Notes under the pieces: model-generated
Database searches by the model: none
Seen by the model: the letters and a program-made list of their open reading frames with translations, nothing else
What the model was told of the DNA's origin: nothing
Part shown: piece by piece, positions 27,886 through 37,921 of the stretch
Layout of the letters: every line of letters begins with the position of its first letter
Numbering within the stretch: position 1 is the first letter of the stretch
Translations under genes and position numbers: made by a program
Virus record (IMG/VR): IMGVR_UViG_3300002895_000002
Coordinates: 1-64,000 of that record
Length of the DNA: 64,000 bases
Source: a virus
Lineage: Duplodnaviria; Caudoviricetes
Reading direction: 5' to 3' (one strand)

Positions 27886-28036
27886 CGAACTCATAATCTC
27901 AACAATTATCATCCTATTCGGTGTTCTGATTGGATGGATACTATGGCAGATCATCCTGGTACCACTGGTCATAATGATAATCTTCATCGGAATTGGGTTG
28001 GTGATAAACGGCATAAGTGAGATAAAGAAGAAATAA
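27878..28036 (+). CDS. Small membrane protein
   Basis: Two TM-like segments. Confidence 0.45.
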   Translation: MTSELIISTIIILFGVLIGWILWQIILVPLVIMIIFIGIGLVINGISEIKKK

Positions 28037-28060
28037 TGCAGCTATTTCATTTCTCGTTTC

Positions 28061-28645
28061 TTATTTCAACAATCTTCGTCTTAGATGGCCTTCGCTTATT
28101 TTCTTTTTTGTTTCTTCTGATCTAGGTCTTCTAAGTTTTGCTTTCGTTTCTTCTGATAATGGACCAGTCGATTTACCTTTCTTTGATTCACTTATTTTTC
28201 GTCTTGTTTCTTCTGACTTTGGTTGTCCATATTTTCCTCGTCGTGTTTCACTCATTTTTTGTCTTGTTTCTTTAGAAACGGCAGGTCTTTTCTTTGCAGA
28301 ATCTTTCATTTTCATTTTTGATTCTTCCGAATGTGAATAATTTAGTTTTAGACAAGAATATTTTCTAGAGTTATATGATTCATCCTTTTGCATAATGTTG
28401 ATTGCTCGAGCCATTTTAGGGCCTTTAACTTTGTGATGTTTCCATATACGGGCAAGAAGCAAATGTGCAATGAAATGAACTCGGTGTGGTAAATGAACAC
28501 GATTCCATCGTCCGTCAATGTCTTCAATGTTATCAATTTTAGCAAAGCACTGTGGGATGATGTGATGATCGTTAGTTTCAAACTTGACTTTTGGATGATC
28601 TTTGTATTTAGCGACGAGTTGATTGTAGATAGATTGGTAGTTCAT
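28061..28645 (-). CDS. HNH homing endonuclease, family copy 3
   Basis: MNYQSIYNQLV...HHIIPQ...HFIAHLLL; NUMOD3 repeats. Confidence 0.85.
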   Translation of the reverse strand: MNYQSIYNQLVAKYKDHPKVKFETNDHHIIPQCFAKIDNIEDIDGRWNRVHLPHRVHFIAHLLLARIWKHHKVKGPKMARAINIMQKDESYNSRKYSCLKLNYSHSEESKMKMKDSAKKRPAVSKETRQKMSETRRGKYGQPKSEETRRKISESKKGKSTGPLSEETKAKLRRPRSEETKKKISEGHLRRRLLK

Positions 28646-28663
28646 GACGGTCTCCTCTAACCT

Positions 28664-28750
28664 TATAAATAAGAATGGAACGGGGACAGTGGTTTCCTCA
28701 CCATTGGTTGTTGTTGGCAGACACAACCTTACCCGTTACTATATTTATAA
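28664..28750 (+). ncRNA. HEG-associated three-way-junction element, copy E4
   Basis: P1 AACGGG/CCCGUU, GA, P2 CAGUGGU/ACCAUUG with loop UUCCUC, P3 GUUG/CAAC, CUUA; opposed TATAAATA boxes. Confidence 0.8.
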
Positions 28751-28766
28751 AGAAAGGTAAATTATT

Positions 28767-29102
28767 ATGTTGAAACGTGCACTGTTGAAAGTTGAAGAGA
28801 AGTTTGGTATAAATCTCAATGAGAATGTTTTGATTTTATTTTTTTGGATTTTATCTATTGTTTTGGTGTCTTTTTCTGTGATGTTTGGAGATGTGCAGTG
28901 GGCCAACATTCTCGGCATGGGTGCCGGAATTATTTTCCAGGTATCCATCTTCCTCGGGGTGGTCGTACTCCTCGAGCTCTTTATGATCGGTATTGGGTAC
29001 GACATCATCACTGAGATCAAGGCCGGGAACATTGCCATGGCCATCAGCCTTGCCTCACTGCGGATTGGACTTGCTCTGGTGATATCACGCGGATTTATGT
29101 AA
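28767..29102 (+). CDS. Holin-like membrane protein (DUF350-like C-terminus)
   Basis: Three to four TM segments; EIKAGNIAMAI motif; upstream of the endolysin. Confidence 0.55.
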   Translation: MLKRALLKVEEKFGINLNENVLILFFWILSIVLVSFSVMFGDVQWANILGMGAGIIFQVSIFLGVVVLLELFMIGIGYDIITEIKAGNIAMAISLASLRIGLALVISRGFM

Positions 29103-29196
29103 ATATAACATCTAAGTTAATAAGTATCCTGGTCAAATTAACAAAGAAGTTAATTAGAACGAATGAATAGTCTTCCAGGAACATAAGGAAGCTATT

Positions 29197-29853
29197 ATGA
29201 GAATCATCATATATGCAATCATTCTCATTCTGCTATGTGCAGGCATTGGTGGGGCGTGTATGTCTTGTCATGCTGGACAGGTCAACGTTGCTGAGAAAGC
29301 AGTGAGCATCGCGAAGGGTTGGGTAGGAACGGTGGAGACACCATCCAACAGCAACCGTGGGAAGCTCATTGACGAGATGCATCGGTTCTATGGCATCCCC
29401 TACGGTAACCCTTACTGTGCCATGACTGTCGGGCTGGCATATCACAAGGCACATAACAGCATCGGGGTGAAAAGTCCGCTACCGAAGATCGCCCGGGTCA
29501 GCATGATCTACCGATGGGGCAACAATAACCCGCTGACTGTTAAGATGTTCACCCCTAAGACGGTGATGCTTGGTGCTGCCACTCTCAAGCCGGGTGACAT
29601 GATCATCTGGAAGAGCGGCACGAAGAGTATCAAGGAGAACTGGAATGGGCACGAAGGGATCACCCAAAAGCCTCTCCCGAAGAACCAGGTGCTGACTATC
29701 GAGGGAAACACCATGCCGAGCTCCAAAGGTGACCAACGAGAAGGTGGGGGTATCTGGGAGCGGACCAGGGGATATGGCTTGGGCACCAGCTTCGAGATCG
29801 TGGCGTTCATGCGTATAATTCACCAAACTTATAATGTATCCCCAACAAAATGA
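29197..29853 (+). CDS. CHAP-domain endolysin with N-terminal signal/anchor
   Basis: PYCAMTV (Cys), GHEGI (His) and TIEGNT motifs. Confidence 0.75.
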   Translation: MRIIIYAIILILLCAGIGGACMSCHAGQVNVAEKAVSIAKGWVGTVETPSNSNRGKLIDEMHRFYGIPYGNPYCAMTVGLAYHKAHNSIGVKSPLPKIARVSMIYRWGNNNPLTVKMFTPKTVMLGAATLKPGDMIIWKSGTKSIKENWNGHEGITQKPLPKNQVLTIEGNTMPSSKGDQREGGGIWERTRGYGLGTSFEIVAFMRIIHQTYNVSPTK

Positions 29854-30329
29854 TTGTTTTTCTTTGTTTTTCTTTGTTTTGCTGCGGCTGATATTTTTGC
29901 TTTAGTTTCTTCTGTGCGAACTTTTCCTCTATTAGCATTTGCTCTTTTTATTTTAGTTTCTTCAGATTGTATTCGTCCTTTACTCAAAGTTGATATTTTT
30001 GCTTTGGTTTCTTCTGAATAAGCGAAGTTCAATTTCAACCATTCATAAACTTTCGAGGTATATTTACTGTTAGACATCCGCCGAAACGCATATGCCATTT
30101 TCGGTCCTTTGGCTTTATGACCTCTCCATATACGATCAAGTAACAAATGGGCGATGAAATGTTCACGAAGCGGAAGATTGACTTTGTTCCACTTCCCATC
30201 AATGTCTTCTATTCCGTCAATCTTTGCGAATGACTTTGGGATGATATGATGACTATTGGTTTTACCTTTTATTCTGGGCGAGTCGATATGTTTAGCGATA
30301 ATTTGATCGTAGATAGACTGGTAATTCAT
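29829..30329 (-). CDS. HNH homing endonuclease, family copy 4
   Basis: MNYQSIYDQII...HHIIPK...HFIAHLLL; NUMOD3 repeats. Confidence 0.85.
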   Translation of the reverse strand: MNYQSIYDQIIAKHIDSPRIKGKTNSHHIIPKSFAKIDGIEDIDGKWNKVNLPLREHFIAHLLLDRIWRGHKAKGPKMAYAFRRMSNSKYTSKVYEWLKLNFAYSEETKAKISTLSKGRIQSEETKIKRANANRGKVRTEETKAKISAAAKQRKTKKNNHFVGDTL

Positions 30330-30346
30330 GATGGTCTCCTGAAACC

Positions 30347-30433
30347 TATAAATAGAGTTGACGGGGACAACAGTTTCCTGGCTGCTGCTCATCGGTTGGC
30401 GCCGTGAGCTTACCCGTTCAATTCTATTTATAA
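30347..30433 (+). ncRNA. HEG-associated three-way-junction element, copy E5
   Basis: P1 ACGGG/CCCGU, GA, P2 CAACAGU/GCUGCUG with loop UUCCUG, P3 CUCA/UGAG, CUUA; opposed late promoters. Confidence 0.8.
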
Positions 30434-30463
30434 TTTCTTGTTATACGAAACGAAATAAGGAGA

Positions 30464-30982
30464 ATGAACATGACACGAGAGTTTGAAGAGAAGCCAACAG
30501 ATGAACGTAAGCTGAAAGAGTATGGGCTGAAGCGAACCATTAAGGACCTTCCTGATGAGATCGGTGAGGAAATCATGGAAGCTCTTCATCGGGCAGAAGC
30601 CAAGCTCACCCCGAAGACCATCATGGCTTCATGGAGAGAGATCCTCATAGTGGTGCTCATCATAGCCTCGGTGTTTCTGTGGTGGAGATGGAATGAGAAT
30701 GCCAAGGCTCTCGCCACCGCTCAGGAGCTTGCTACACACATACAGATCATCGAGAAGATCGATGCCCAACTGACGGACATGAAGAAGCGGGAAGAGCTGA
30801 TGTACCCGGAGCTGAAAGAGAGAATCTCAGCGGTTGACAGTAACCTCATCGGTGTTCGTAAGCAGATCAGAGCCATCAGAATACCAGATCCCAAAGAATA
30901 CCAAGTACAATCCAGCAAGATGTCCCTTGAGGAAATAAGCAAAGATCTTTCCGACATGGGATATCCGAATGAAGTCCGATAA
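30464..30982 (+). CDS. Spanin-like (inner-membrane anchored coiled coil)
   Basis: One TM segment followed by a long coiled coil; inside the lysis cassette. Confidence 0.5.
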   Translation: MNMTREFEEKPTDERKLKEYGLKRTIKDLPDEIGEEIMEALHRAEAKLTPKTIMASWREILIVVLIIASVFLWWRWNENAKALATAQELATHIQIIEKIDAQLTDMKKREELMYPELKERISAVDSNLIGVRKQIRAIRIPDPKEYQVQSSKMSLEEISKDLSDMGYPNEVR

Positions 30983-30993
30983 GGAGCAGACAG

Positions 30994-31422
30994 ATGAAAA
31001 GAATGATAGTAATGCTAGTGGTTCTCGTGTTACTGATAAGCCCTTCACTTTCGCTTGGTGGCCAGACCCCCGGAAGCCCAGGCACGGGAATCTTCATCGG
31101 GTACACGACAAGCCAAAAGCTCCGCTCGGACCTCCGGTGGTTGAACGACGCACTCAAGGCAAACCAGGAGAAACTGGCTCTCTGTGAGAAAGAGACCGGG
31201 ATGCTCACGGGTCAGAATGCCGACCTGAAGAAACTGGTGGAAGGCTTGGAGCAGGACAAGGCGGATCTGAAGCAGGTCGCGGCGGACTACAAGAAGTCCT
31301 ATGAGAAGGCTGATGATGCTCGGCTGAAGTGCGAAGAGAGCAAACCAAGCAGAGCCACCTGGTTTGGTCTTGGATACATCGCAGGGTTGCTTACGTCAAT
31401 AGCCGCATTTTTTGGTCTCTGA
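30994..31422 (+). CDS. Second spanin-like or lysis accessory protein
   Basis: Signal peptide, coiled coil and C-terminal TM segment. Confidence 0.5.
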   Translation: MKRMIVMLVVLVLLISPSLSLGGQTPGSPGTGIFIGYTTSQKLRSDLRWLNDALKANQEKLALCEKETGMLTGQNADLKKLVEGLEQDKADLKQVAADYKKSYEKADDARLKCEESKPSRATWFGLGYIAGLLTSIAAFFGL

Positions 31423-31455
31423 TAAATAAATGTAACTTTATTTCGGAGATTTGAT

Positions 31456-31788
31456 GTGAACGAGAAGCTTATCATAATGCTTGAGGAAGAAATTCGATTG
31501 GATGAGAAGTTTGGTGATATTATCGATTCTGTCCACCGCTACTTCTCTGAGTTCAAACTGGGTCATAAGCGAAACCCGAGTGGACATACAATGACCATTG
31601 ATGCCGACCCGATGGATCATGACAGTATCCACCTCGGTATCCAGGAAGTAATGAAGAAGCATGGATACAAGAAGATGCAAGGTGATGATCCAAGTGAACA
31701 TGTCTATGCCAAAGACACCTCGATTGTAAAGATCAAGAAACCAAAGAAATCCCGCCAGTTTGAACTTACTTTCAATCACGGCGAATAA
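31456..31788 (+). CDS. Hypothetical late protein
   Basis: ATAAATA at about 31423; MNEKLIIMLEE start. Confidence 0.5.
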   Translation: MNEKLIIMLEEEIRLDEKFGDIIDSVHRYFSEFKLGHKRNPSGHTMTIDADPMDHDSIHLGIQEVMKKHGYKKMQGDDPSEHVYAKDTSIVKIKKPKKSRQFELTFNHGE

Positions 31789-31811
31789 TATACAATAACA
31801 AGGAGCAACGA

Positions 31812-32006
31812 ATGATTTTCCTCGAATACCTCAAAGAACACCAAACCAAAGGCACCCATCTCAAGGTGTTTCTCACAAGCGGAGCAATGCTTGAGGGGAA
31901 AATCAAAGGTGCTGACGAATCCGGCATCATCCTCAATGAGTGTCTGATTATGCGTGACAAGATCGTTTCAATATCACCTCCTGTCAAGGGACCAATCAAG
32001 CGATAG
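31812..32006 (+). CDS. Hfq/Sm-like RNA-binding protein
   Basis: FLEYLKE..KVFLTSGAMLEGKIKGADESGIIL...LIMRDKIVSISP aligns by eye to the Hfq Sm1/Sm2 pattern; AAGGAG RBS. Confidence 0.6.
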   Translation: MIFLEYLKEHQTKGTHLKVFLTSGAMLEGKIKGADESGIILNECLIMRDKIVSISPPVKGPIKR

Positions 32007-32077
32007 CAATAAAAAGTATTGACATGTAACCCCCCTTTCCTGTATTATGGAAACATAATATGCGAAAGGGGTTTACA

Positions 32078-33883
32078 ATGATTGAATCACTGAAGAAAGA
32101 TATTGAAAGACTGAACCGGGCATACCGTAATGGTGACCCTATCGTTTCCGATACTGAGTATGATGACATGCTCGATGAGCTGAAGAACCGTATGGGCAAC
32201 GATGCAGAGTTCGAAGCCTTCCGTGCCACCCTTGCCGATACCACTGACGGTAAAGACATCAAACACCTGACAGTCATCGGCTCCCTTGATAAGGTCAAGG
32301 CCGAAGACAAGGTCCTCCCTGAAGTTCTCAAAAAGATTTGCCCTTCCAAACGTGCTACCATCATGCCGAAAGTAGATGGGATGTCCTTCGTTGCCACCTA
32401 CAAGAAAGGCCGACTCGTCCAGGTAGCATCACGTGGCGATGGTTATGTCGGTGAAGACATGACCGCCAAGGCACGCTTCATCCTCCCTGCTGAAATCAAC
32501 TGTACCAAACCTCATCGCGAGTTCCGCGGGGAGTTCACACTGACCGGTGATGATCATCTGAAACTTGGCTATAAGAACCGCCGCAATGGAACGGTCGGTG
32601 TCATGAAGGCCAAGACTTGGGACTCCAAAGATGTCCGCCTGGTGAAAGGTATAGTTTACCAGGAGATCACTTCTACCGAATCCCGTAGCGGGCAGATAGT
32701 AAATGCTCAACGGCTCGGTTTCAAGACCGTTTGTGCTTACAGTGACAACATCTCTCTGTTGAATGATGAGAATGTGGTCGAGCTCCTGAAGAAATGGCGG
32801 AGTGAACTTGAGTACGACATTGACGGCTTGGTGATCTGTGATGAGCAGTACGTGGCAGAGACCGACCAGTTCATCCCGAAGGGAATGTTCGCCTACAAAG
32901 TGAATGATCAAGTAGCGGTTGCCAAGTTCAGAGGCATTGAGTGGAATACCAGCAAGAACGGCTTGGTCAAGCCGGTGGTTCTCATCGAGCCGGCTGAACT
33001 GTGTGGTGTTACTGTAAACCGGGTATCTGGATACAACGCAAGGAACATCATCGACAGCAAAATCGGTGAGGGTGCTGAGCTGGAGATTGTCAGAAGTGGC
33101 GATGTCATCCCAAAGATTCTCCGGGTCCTAAAGCCGGGCAAAGTGGAGTACCCTGAGAACTGCCCGTCATGTGGAGAGCAACTCGGGCTGGGTGATGTGG
33201 ACCTAGTGTGCACTAACGAGAACTGTGGTGCGATGGGAGTGATGAAGGTTGAGTCATTCATCAAGGCCCTCGAGATTGAGAACGCATCAGCTAAGAGCTT
33301 CGAGAAGTGGGGAATCACTACCATGGACGAACTGCTCGCATGGAAGCCCAGCAAAGGCAAAGCAGAGATTGGCTTCAATGATGAACTGAACAAGAAATTG
33401 TTCACTAAGAAACCATTCAATCTCCTGGCCGCGATGAACTGGAACGGTGCAGCAGGGACCAAGACTGCGCTGCTTATTCTTAATCACTACGGTGATTCGC
33501 TTGCAAAAGGAACATGGCGGTCAAAAGAGTTCCCGGCTGGAGTGGGCGAGCGGACGATGGAAGTCTTTATGGACTGCTGGGATGAGAATGTTCGGATCCT
33601 TGATTTGATCGTCATGGATGAGCGGTATAAACCGGTTGAAGAAGAGGTGAAGGAAGTAAAGCAGAGCGGTATCACTGGGAAAAGCTTCTGCATAACGGGT
33701 ACCCTGAGCAAACCCAGGAAGCACTTCGAGACCCTCGTCACGGATAACGGCGGTACCCTAGGTTCGGTGAGTAAGAACCTGGACTTCCTCATCGTCGGTG
33801 CTGATGCTGGGAGCAAGGAAGACAAGGCCAAGAAGCTCGGCATCAAGATCATCAGTGAGCAAGAGTTTCTGTCCATGATCTAA
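32078..33883 (+). CDS. ligA: NAD+-dependent DNA ligase
   Basis: KVDG adenylation motif, SRGDG, DGLVI, OB fold (VRSGDVIPK), CxxC...C Zn finger and C-terminal BRCT (FCITG...GSKEDKAKKLG). Confidence 0.92.
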   Translation: MIESLKKDIERLNRAYRNGDPIVSDTEYDDMLDELKNRMGNDAEFEAFRATLADTTDGKDIKHLTVIGSLDKVKAEDKVLPEVLKKICPSKRATIMPKVDGMSFVATYKKGRLVQVASRGDGYVGEDMTAKARFILPAEINCTKPHREFRGEFTLTGDDHLKLGYKNRRNGTVGVMKAKTWDSKDVRLVKGIVYQEITSTESRSGQIVNAQRLGFKTVCAYSDNISLLNDENVVELLKKWRSELEYDIDGLVICDEQYVAETDQFIPKGMFAYKVNDQVAVAKFRGIEWNTSKNGLVKPVVLIEPAELCGVTVNRVSGYNARNIIDSKIGEGAELEIVRSGDVIPKILRVLKPGKVEYPENCPSCGEQLGLGDVDLVCTNENCGAMGVMKVESFIKALEIENASAKSFEKWGITTMDELLAWKPSKGKAEIGFNDELNKKLFTKKPFNLLAAMNWNGAAGTKTALLILNHYGDSLAKGTWRSKEFPAGVGERTMEVFMDCWDENVRILDLIVMDERYKPVEEEVKEVKQSGITGKSFCITGTLSKPRKHFETLVTDNGGTLGSVSKNLDFLIVGADAGSKEDKAKKLGIKIISEQEFLSMI

Positions 33884-33918
33884 TTTGACATTCAAGATAA
33901 AGGTGTTATGTTATAGAC

Positions 33919-34947
33919 ATGCATTGTACCTATACAACCCATATCAAGGTTAATCGAACAGATATTGATAATGTCAAAGAAATTTTGGCTAAAGGTATCT
34001 GTTCTGCTACTCTCCGAGACATCAAAGGGAAACACCTTACCTATATCATCGAATCAGGAAGGATTGATACCCTCCATAAAATAGCAGAAATTTTAACCTC
34101 AAAAGGGATTCCTGCTACATATAATCCCAAAGGTTCGGGTTCATCTGTTGGACGGGTGGAGGGCGTTGGTTTTGTTATCTTTGTCCGGCCAAAAAACCTT
34201 CGTTTTGGTGAGTCAGCGAACTCTCTCAATGAGAAACATCTTTTTGATGAAATCCAAAGAATTTCGTCGCCAGATCATCCTGTTGATGTTATATTCGATT
34301 CAGAGGATAAGAAGTTTGAAGTGACTGGTGTTATTGGGGCTGTTCAGTGTAATACCAAAACAAAAAACGCAAAAGGGCAGGCACTCAAAGCAGATGTAAC
34401 CATCAAGACAGTTAATGGGGATGTGCCCATATCAATCAAGTTTGATAATGCTGATTTTTATGCTTCAATCAGTAATGACGAAGATGAGGTTTCAAAGATA
34501 GCGGAACGAGTCATTGAATGGATAAGAAAAACAAATCCTGGAATTATCAAACAAAACCGGGATCTGTTTTCAATGTTTGGAACCGGTGTGATTGCGATTG
34601 AAGTTGACAAAGCATTGATTGTTGACTACATGTTTGGTGCTGACATTCTCAATGGTGGGGCTATTCTGTTCTATAACTATCACGATGAACGTTCAAAGAT
34701 GCACAATGTCCCAGACAAAAAATCAACATACAAGATGCATGTGAAGGATATCATAAGAAATGTTGATGATATAAATAAAGAAGGACTAGGCCTAGATTAT
34801 CCGGTTTTGACGATCCTAAATCATTCCCGAAAAAGGCTGGGTAAATACAAAGGGTTGAATCTTCGGTTAGCAACAAAACGACGAGCAAGGTCAGCAAAGT
34901 TCTGGTTTACATATCACAACGGAAATCTCTCCATTAAAAAGGAATAG
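33919..34947 (+). CDS. Putative PD-(D/E)XK-like nuclease
   Basis: E...KADVTI...ISIK pattern; AT-rich; own promoter. Confidence 0.4.
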   Translation: MHCTYTTHIKVNRTDIDNVKEILAKGICSATLRDIKGKHLTYIIESGRIDTLHKIAEILTSKGIPATYNPKGSGSSVGRVEGVGFVIFVRPKNLRFGESANSLNEKHLFDEIQRISSPDHPVDVIFDSEDKKFEVTGVIGAVQCNTKTKNAKGQALKADVTIKTVNGDVPISIKFDNADFYASISNDEDEVSKIAERVIEWIRKTNPGIIKQNRDLFSMFGTGVIAIEVDKALIVDYMFGADILNGGAILFYNYHDERSKMHNVPDKKSTYKMHVKDIIRNVDDINKEGLGLDYPVLTILNHSRKRLGKYKGLNLRLATKRRARSAKFWFTYHNGNLSIKKE

Positions 34948-34959
34948 AGGACAAAGATA

Positions 34960-35295
34960 ATGAATCAAAAATTTGTTTTAATGATCGAAGAGGCAGGAAT
35001 AGAAGATCATTCTAAAATCCACGAATTTCTCTCAAAAATTCACCCAAGACAAAACTCGAAGTCAATAAAACAGGAAGGATTCTGACTGTTACTGGACCTC
35101 ACGGAACTGCGGTTGTTCAGAAGGGTGCCGGGGACGGTAAGTGGCGTGCTCGCTGAGGTGAAGGGAACGTTGATGAAGTAGCATCTGCTCATAGTGGTGT
35201 TGAGCATGTTCTCGACTGGGTTGACAAGGATTATGGTCAGACAAAATTCAAAAAGCAATCAGCAGTAGCTGCCGAAGGAGAAGATGATGAATAAT
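34960..35295 (+). pseudogene. Disrupted small late gene (capsid-targeting-like start)
   Basis: MNQKFVLMIEE start; coding-like segments in successive frames ending AAEGEDDE*. Confidence 0.35.
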
Positions 35296-35742
35296 TTCAA
35301 AAAGATTCTTGAAGAAACATACACCGATCCGGAGTATACTGCACACCGCAATGCTCTCGATCGGATCAGAAACAAACTGGGTCTTCATTCGGGCGAAACT
35401 ATTCGTGTTCCCCTGGTAAAGAAGACTGGAGCGAATGATCATCCGATCGGTTTTGCTCCGACCTCAGATGTCTACAAGGCCAAAGAGGTTGAAATCACAC
35501 CAACCGACATCAAGTACACCGGCCGGGACTATCGTGGGTATTCCCTCCAAGCTCATAACTGGGAAGACCATCTCGACCTTGATGCTATGAAGGGTCATGT
35601 TGAAACCAAGCGTTCTGAAAATGCCGAAAGGATCAAGAAGGCGAAAGAGCACAGCAACAAACCGTCCCAACATGACATGGAAGCCCATGCTTTAAAGCAT
35701 TATTATGGAAATGATACTGCTGCCTTTACGAAAGGAACCTGA
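35284..35742 (+). CDS. Putative internal head protein
   Basis: MNNFKKILEE start. Confidence 0.55.
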   Translation: MMNNFKKILEETYTDPEYTAHRNALDRIRNKLGLHSGETIRVPLVKKTGANDHPIGFAPTSDVYKAKEVEITPTDIKYTGRDYRGYSLQAHNWEDHLDLDAMKGHVETKRSENAERIKKAKEHSNKPSQHDMEAHALKHYYGNDTAAFTKGT

Positions 35743-36131
35743 TGAGATCCTTCAAACAACACCTGAATGAAGACATCAAAACATCGAGAGCTGATGTTGA
35801 TGTATTGGATGGTTGGCATAAGTTCCCGGGCAAAGTAACTATGATTCACCCCGCCCCCGAAGGTGAGAAAGGTCATGGTGATTATGCAGTCCAGAAAGTT
35901 GAAGGCTCCGCTCAACATGGACAACACGCTTTGTATTACAAGGTCAATGACCCTAATGCAGAAGGTGGGAAGGGGTTCCGGTGGGAGTTGACTGCGATTA
36001 GACCAACCGTTGGAGAGCTCAAGAAGCATGTCCAATCACATTACGATATCCGGAAAAGGACTGGTTTTGAGCACCCGAAGTTTGAGAACTCTGCTGTTAT
36101 TCCTAATCACAAGAAATCCGGAAATCTTTAA
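35742..36131 (+). CDS. Putative internal head protein
   Basis: MRSFKQHLNE start. Confidence 0.55.
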   Translation: MRSFKQHLNEDIKTSRADVDVLDGWHKFPGKVTMIHPAPEGEKGHGDYAVQKVEGSAQHGQHALYYKVNDPNAEGGKGFRWELTAIRPTVGELKKHVQSHYDIRKRTGFEHPKFENSAVIPNHKKSGNL

Positions 36132-36264
36132 TGTGGTCTTACCTTTGCAAGAAATGTGGGTCTAAGGACGATTGGATGTCAAAGCCAATCGCTCGTTGCC
36201 CGAAGTGTGGGTCTACTGTTTCATCACTGAGAACCAAAGCATCAGCAGGAAGACGACCACCTAG

Positions 36265-36789
36265 ATGATTCGTTTCCGTGAATATCTTAATGAGGACACC
36301 TACCTGGATTCCATCAAGCCGAATGGATGGAAGAAAGGTGATCCTCTGATTGACATATACAAAAACCCATCCAAGACCGACATCGCCAAGATGAAGAAGG
36401 TTCGGTTCATTCTCGATGCTCAAACCAAGACCTGCTATATGTGGGACGCTTCGGTGATGCATTGGGACGCTACTCAAGTAATCAACAAACATGCGGACAT
36501 CCCTGAAGATATGATGGCTTCCAGCTTGTATGGCCTGCTTGACAAGGGGTGGCTTAGGTATTTCCTTGGCTCAAGGAGTGGGGATAAGGTCGAGTCTGAT
36601 ATCCTTGACTCGTTCTCTTTTGATGACTGGGCATGGAATCGAGGAGAGAAGGGCGAGGTGGAGAAGGCTAAGAAGCAGGTACAGAAGATAGCTGCGATGG
36701 ACTGGTCCTGGGCTTCCCGCTATGGGATCGATCCTGGCAAGATCAAGAAGATACTGGACGATCTGAAGCATGAGACCGAGAAACGATAA
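36265..36789 (+). CDS. Putative internal head protein
   Basis: MIRFREYLNE start. Confidence 0.55.
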   Translation: MIRFREYLNEDTYLDSIKPNGWKKGDPLIDIYKNPSKTDIAKMKKVRFILDAQTKTCYMWDASVMHWDATQVINKHADIPEDMMASSLYGLLDKGWLRYFLGSRSGDKVESDILDSFSFDDWAWNRGEKGEVEKAKKQVQKIAAMDWSWASRYGIDPGKIKKILDDLKHETEKR

Positions 36790-36955
36790 CCTCATCGATA
36801 TGCTCGAACAAGTTTGGAATCACAAATCTGCGTTCGGGACTGACTATACAGCGATCCCGACTCCCGATGTAATTTCTACTCCTGAGAATGACCCCTCCTT
36901 GTCAAAAAATCCTATAAAGAAAAAGAAAAAACGGTTCAGAGACTTCGCTAAATAG
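36770..36955 (+). CDS. Hypothetical protein
   Basis: Overlapping ORF with a basic C-terminus. Confidence 0.45.
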   Translation: MRPRNDNLIDMLEQVWNHKSAFGTDYTAIPTPDVISTPENDPSLSKNPIKKKKKRFRDFAK

Positions 36956-36973
36956 TTGCGGAGGAATGAATCA

Positions 36974-37651
36974 ATGACCATAAAGAATTTTATCACCTGC
37001 GACCTATCACTCAAGAGCTCGGGTCTCTGTTATTTCAGAGACGGCGAGCTTTTTGATTTTGAGGTCATTGACTCGCTCGAGCCAGCCGAGCCCGAGCTGG
37101 TCCTGATCGCAAACTCCACCAGGATCGTAGAGTTTGTTAAGAAATATGCGGAGGATCTTGATCTCATTGCTCTTGAACGGTTTGCCTTTATGGCCAAGAG
37201 CGGAGATAAAGATCGCTTGTGGGCTAATTGCTGGATGGCCCGGTGTGGTATTCGATCCAAGGGTATTACATCTCCATTCCGTGAAATCTCTGTCTCAACG
37301 TGGCGAGGGCCGCTGTTCGACAAATTTGAGAAGGATGGGGTAAAGCTCGCTGCTCAACAGCTCAAGACCTGCAAACTCAAGGGACTGAAAGGTGAGGCCA
37401 GGAAAGAGATGCTGGCCAAGAGGGAAAAGCTTGAGCGGCTCGCTGATATAAAATGGGCGACAGTGAAGAAGCTCCCAGGTGAGGTCCGGTGCCGGTTTGA
37501 GACCTACCTTGAGAAGAGGGAGCTCCCGGAAGAATGCATCTTTGACATCACTGACGCGTATTTTATTGGCCAGTATGTTCTGAGCGGGAAAGAGCCGGTG
37601 AAGAAGCCCCGGAAACCTCGAAAGGCAAAGAAGGGATCTCAAGAGGACTGA
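36974..37651 (+). CDS. RuvC-like Holliday junction resolvase
   Basis: ITCDLSLKSSGL, IALERF and DITDAYFIG RNase H-fold catalytic motifs. Confidence 0.75.
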   Translation: MTIKNFITCDLSLKSSGLCYFRDGELFDFEVIDSLEPAEPELVLIANSTRIVEFVKKYAEDLDLIALERFAFMAKSGDKDRLWANCWMARCGIRSKGITSPFREISVSTWRGPLFDKFEKDGVKLAAQQLKTCKLKGLKGEARKEMLAKREKLERLADIKWATVKKLPGEVRCRFETYLEKRELPEECIFDITDAYFIGQYVLSGKEPVKKPRKPRKAKKGSQED

Positions 37652-37921
37652 ATGAATCCAAACGACTATTGAACCCTCGCCCCCATCTGCGATTTGAAGA
37701 TAACACAGATTTTCTGTGTTGTCAAATTCGCAACGTAAACCGCGGAAATCTCACGAAAGACGCCATCCGTCAAAAATAACTTGACAGGTCGCGTCTTTTC
37801 TATTATACTCGTATCATAACTTGATAAATTACCGCAGTGAATGTCCGAACCAACAGCAGATAATCAAAACGGGTCCTAGACCCAAATAGCATTGAAAAAG
37901 ACATCAAATCTGGAGGCAAGA

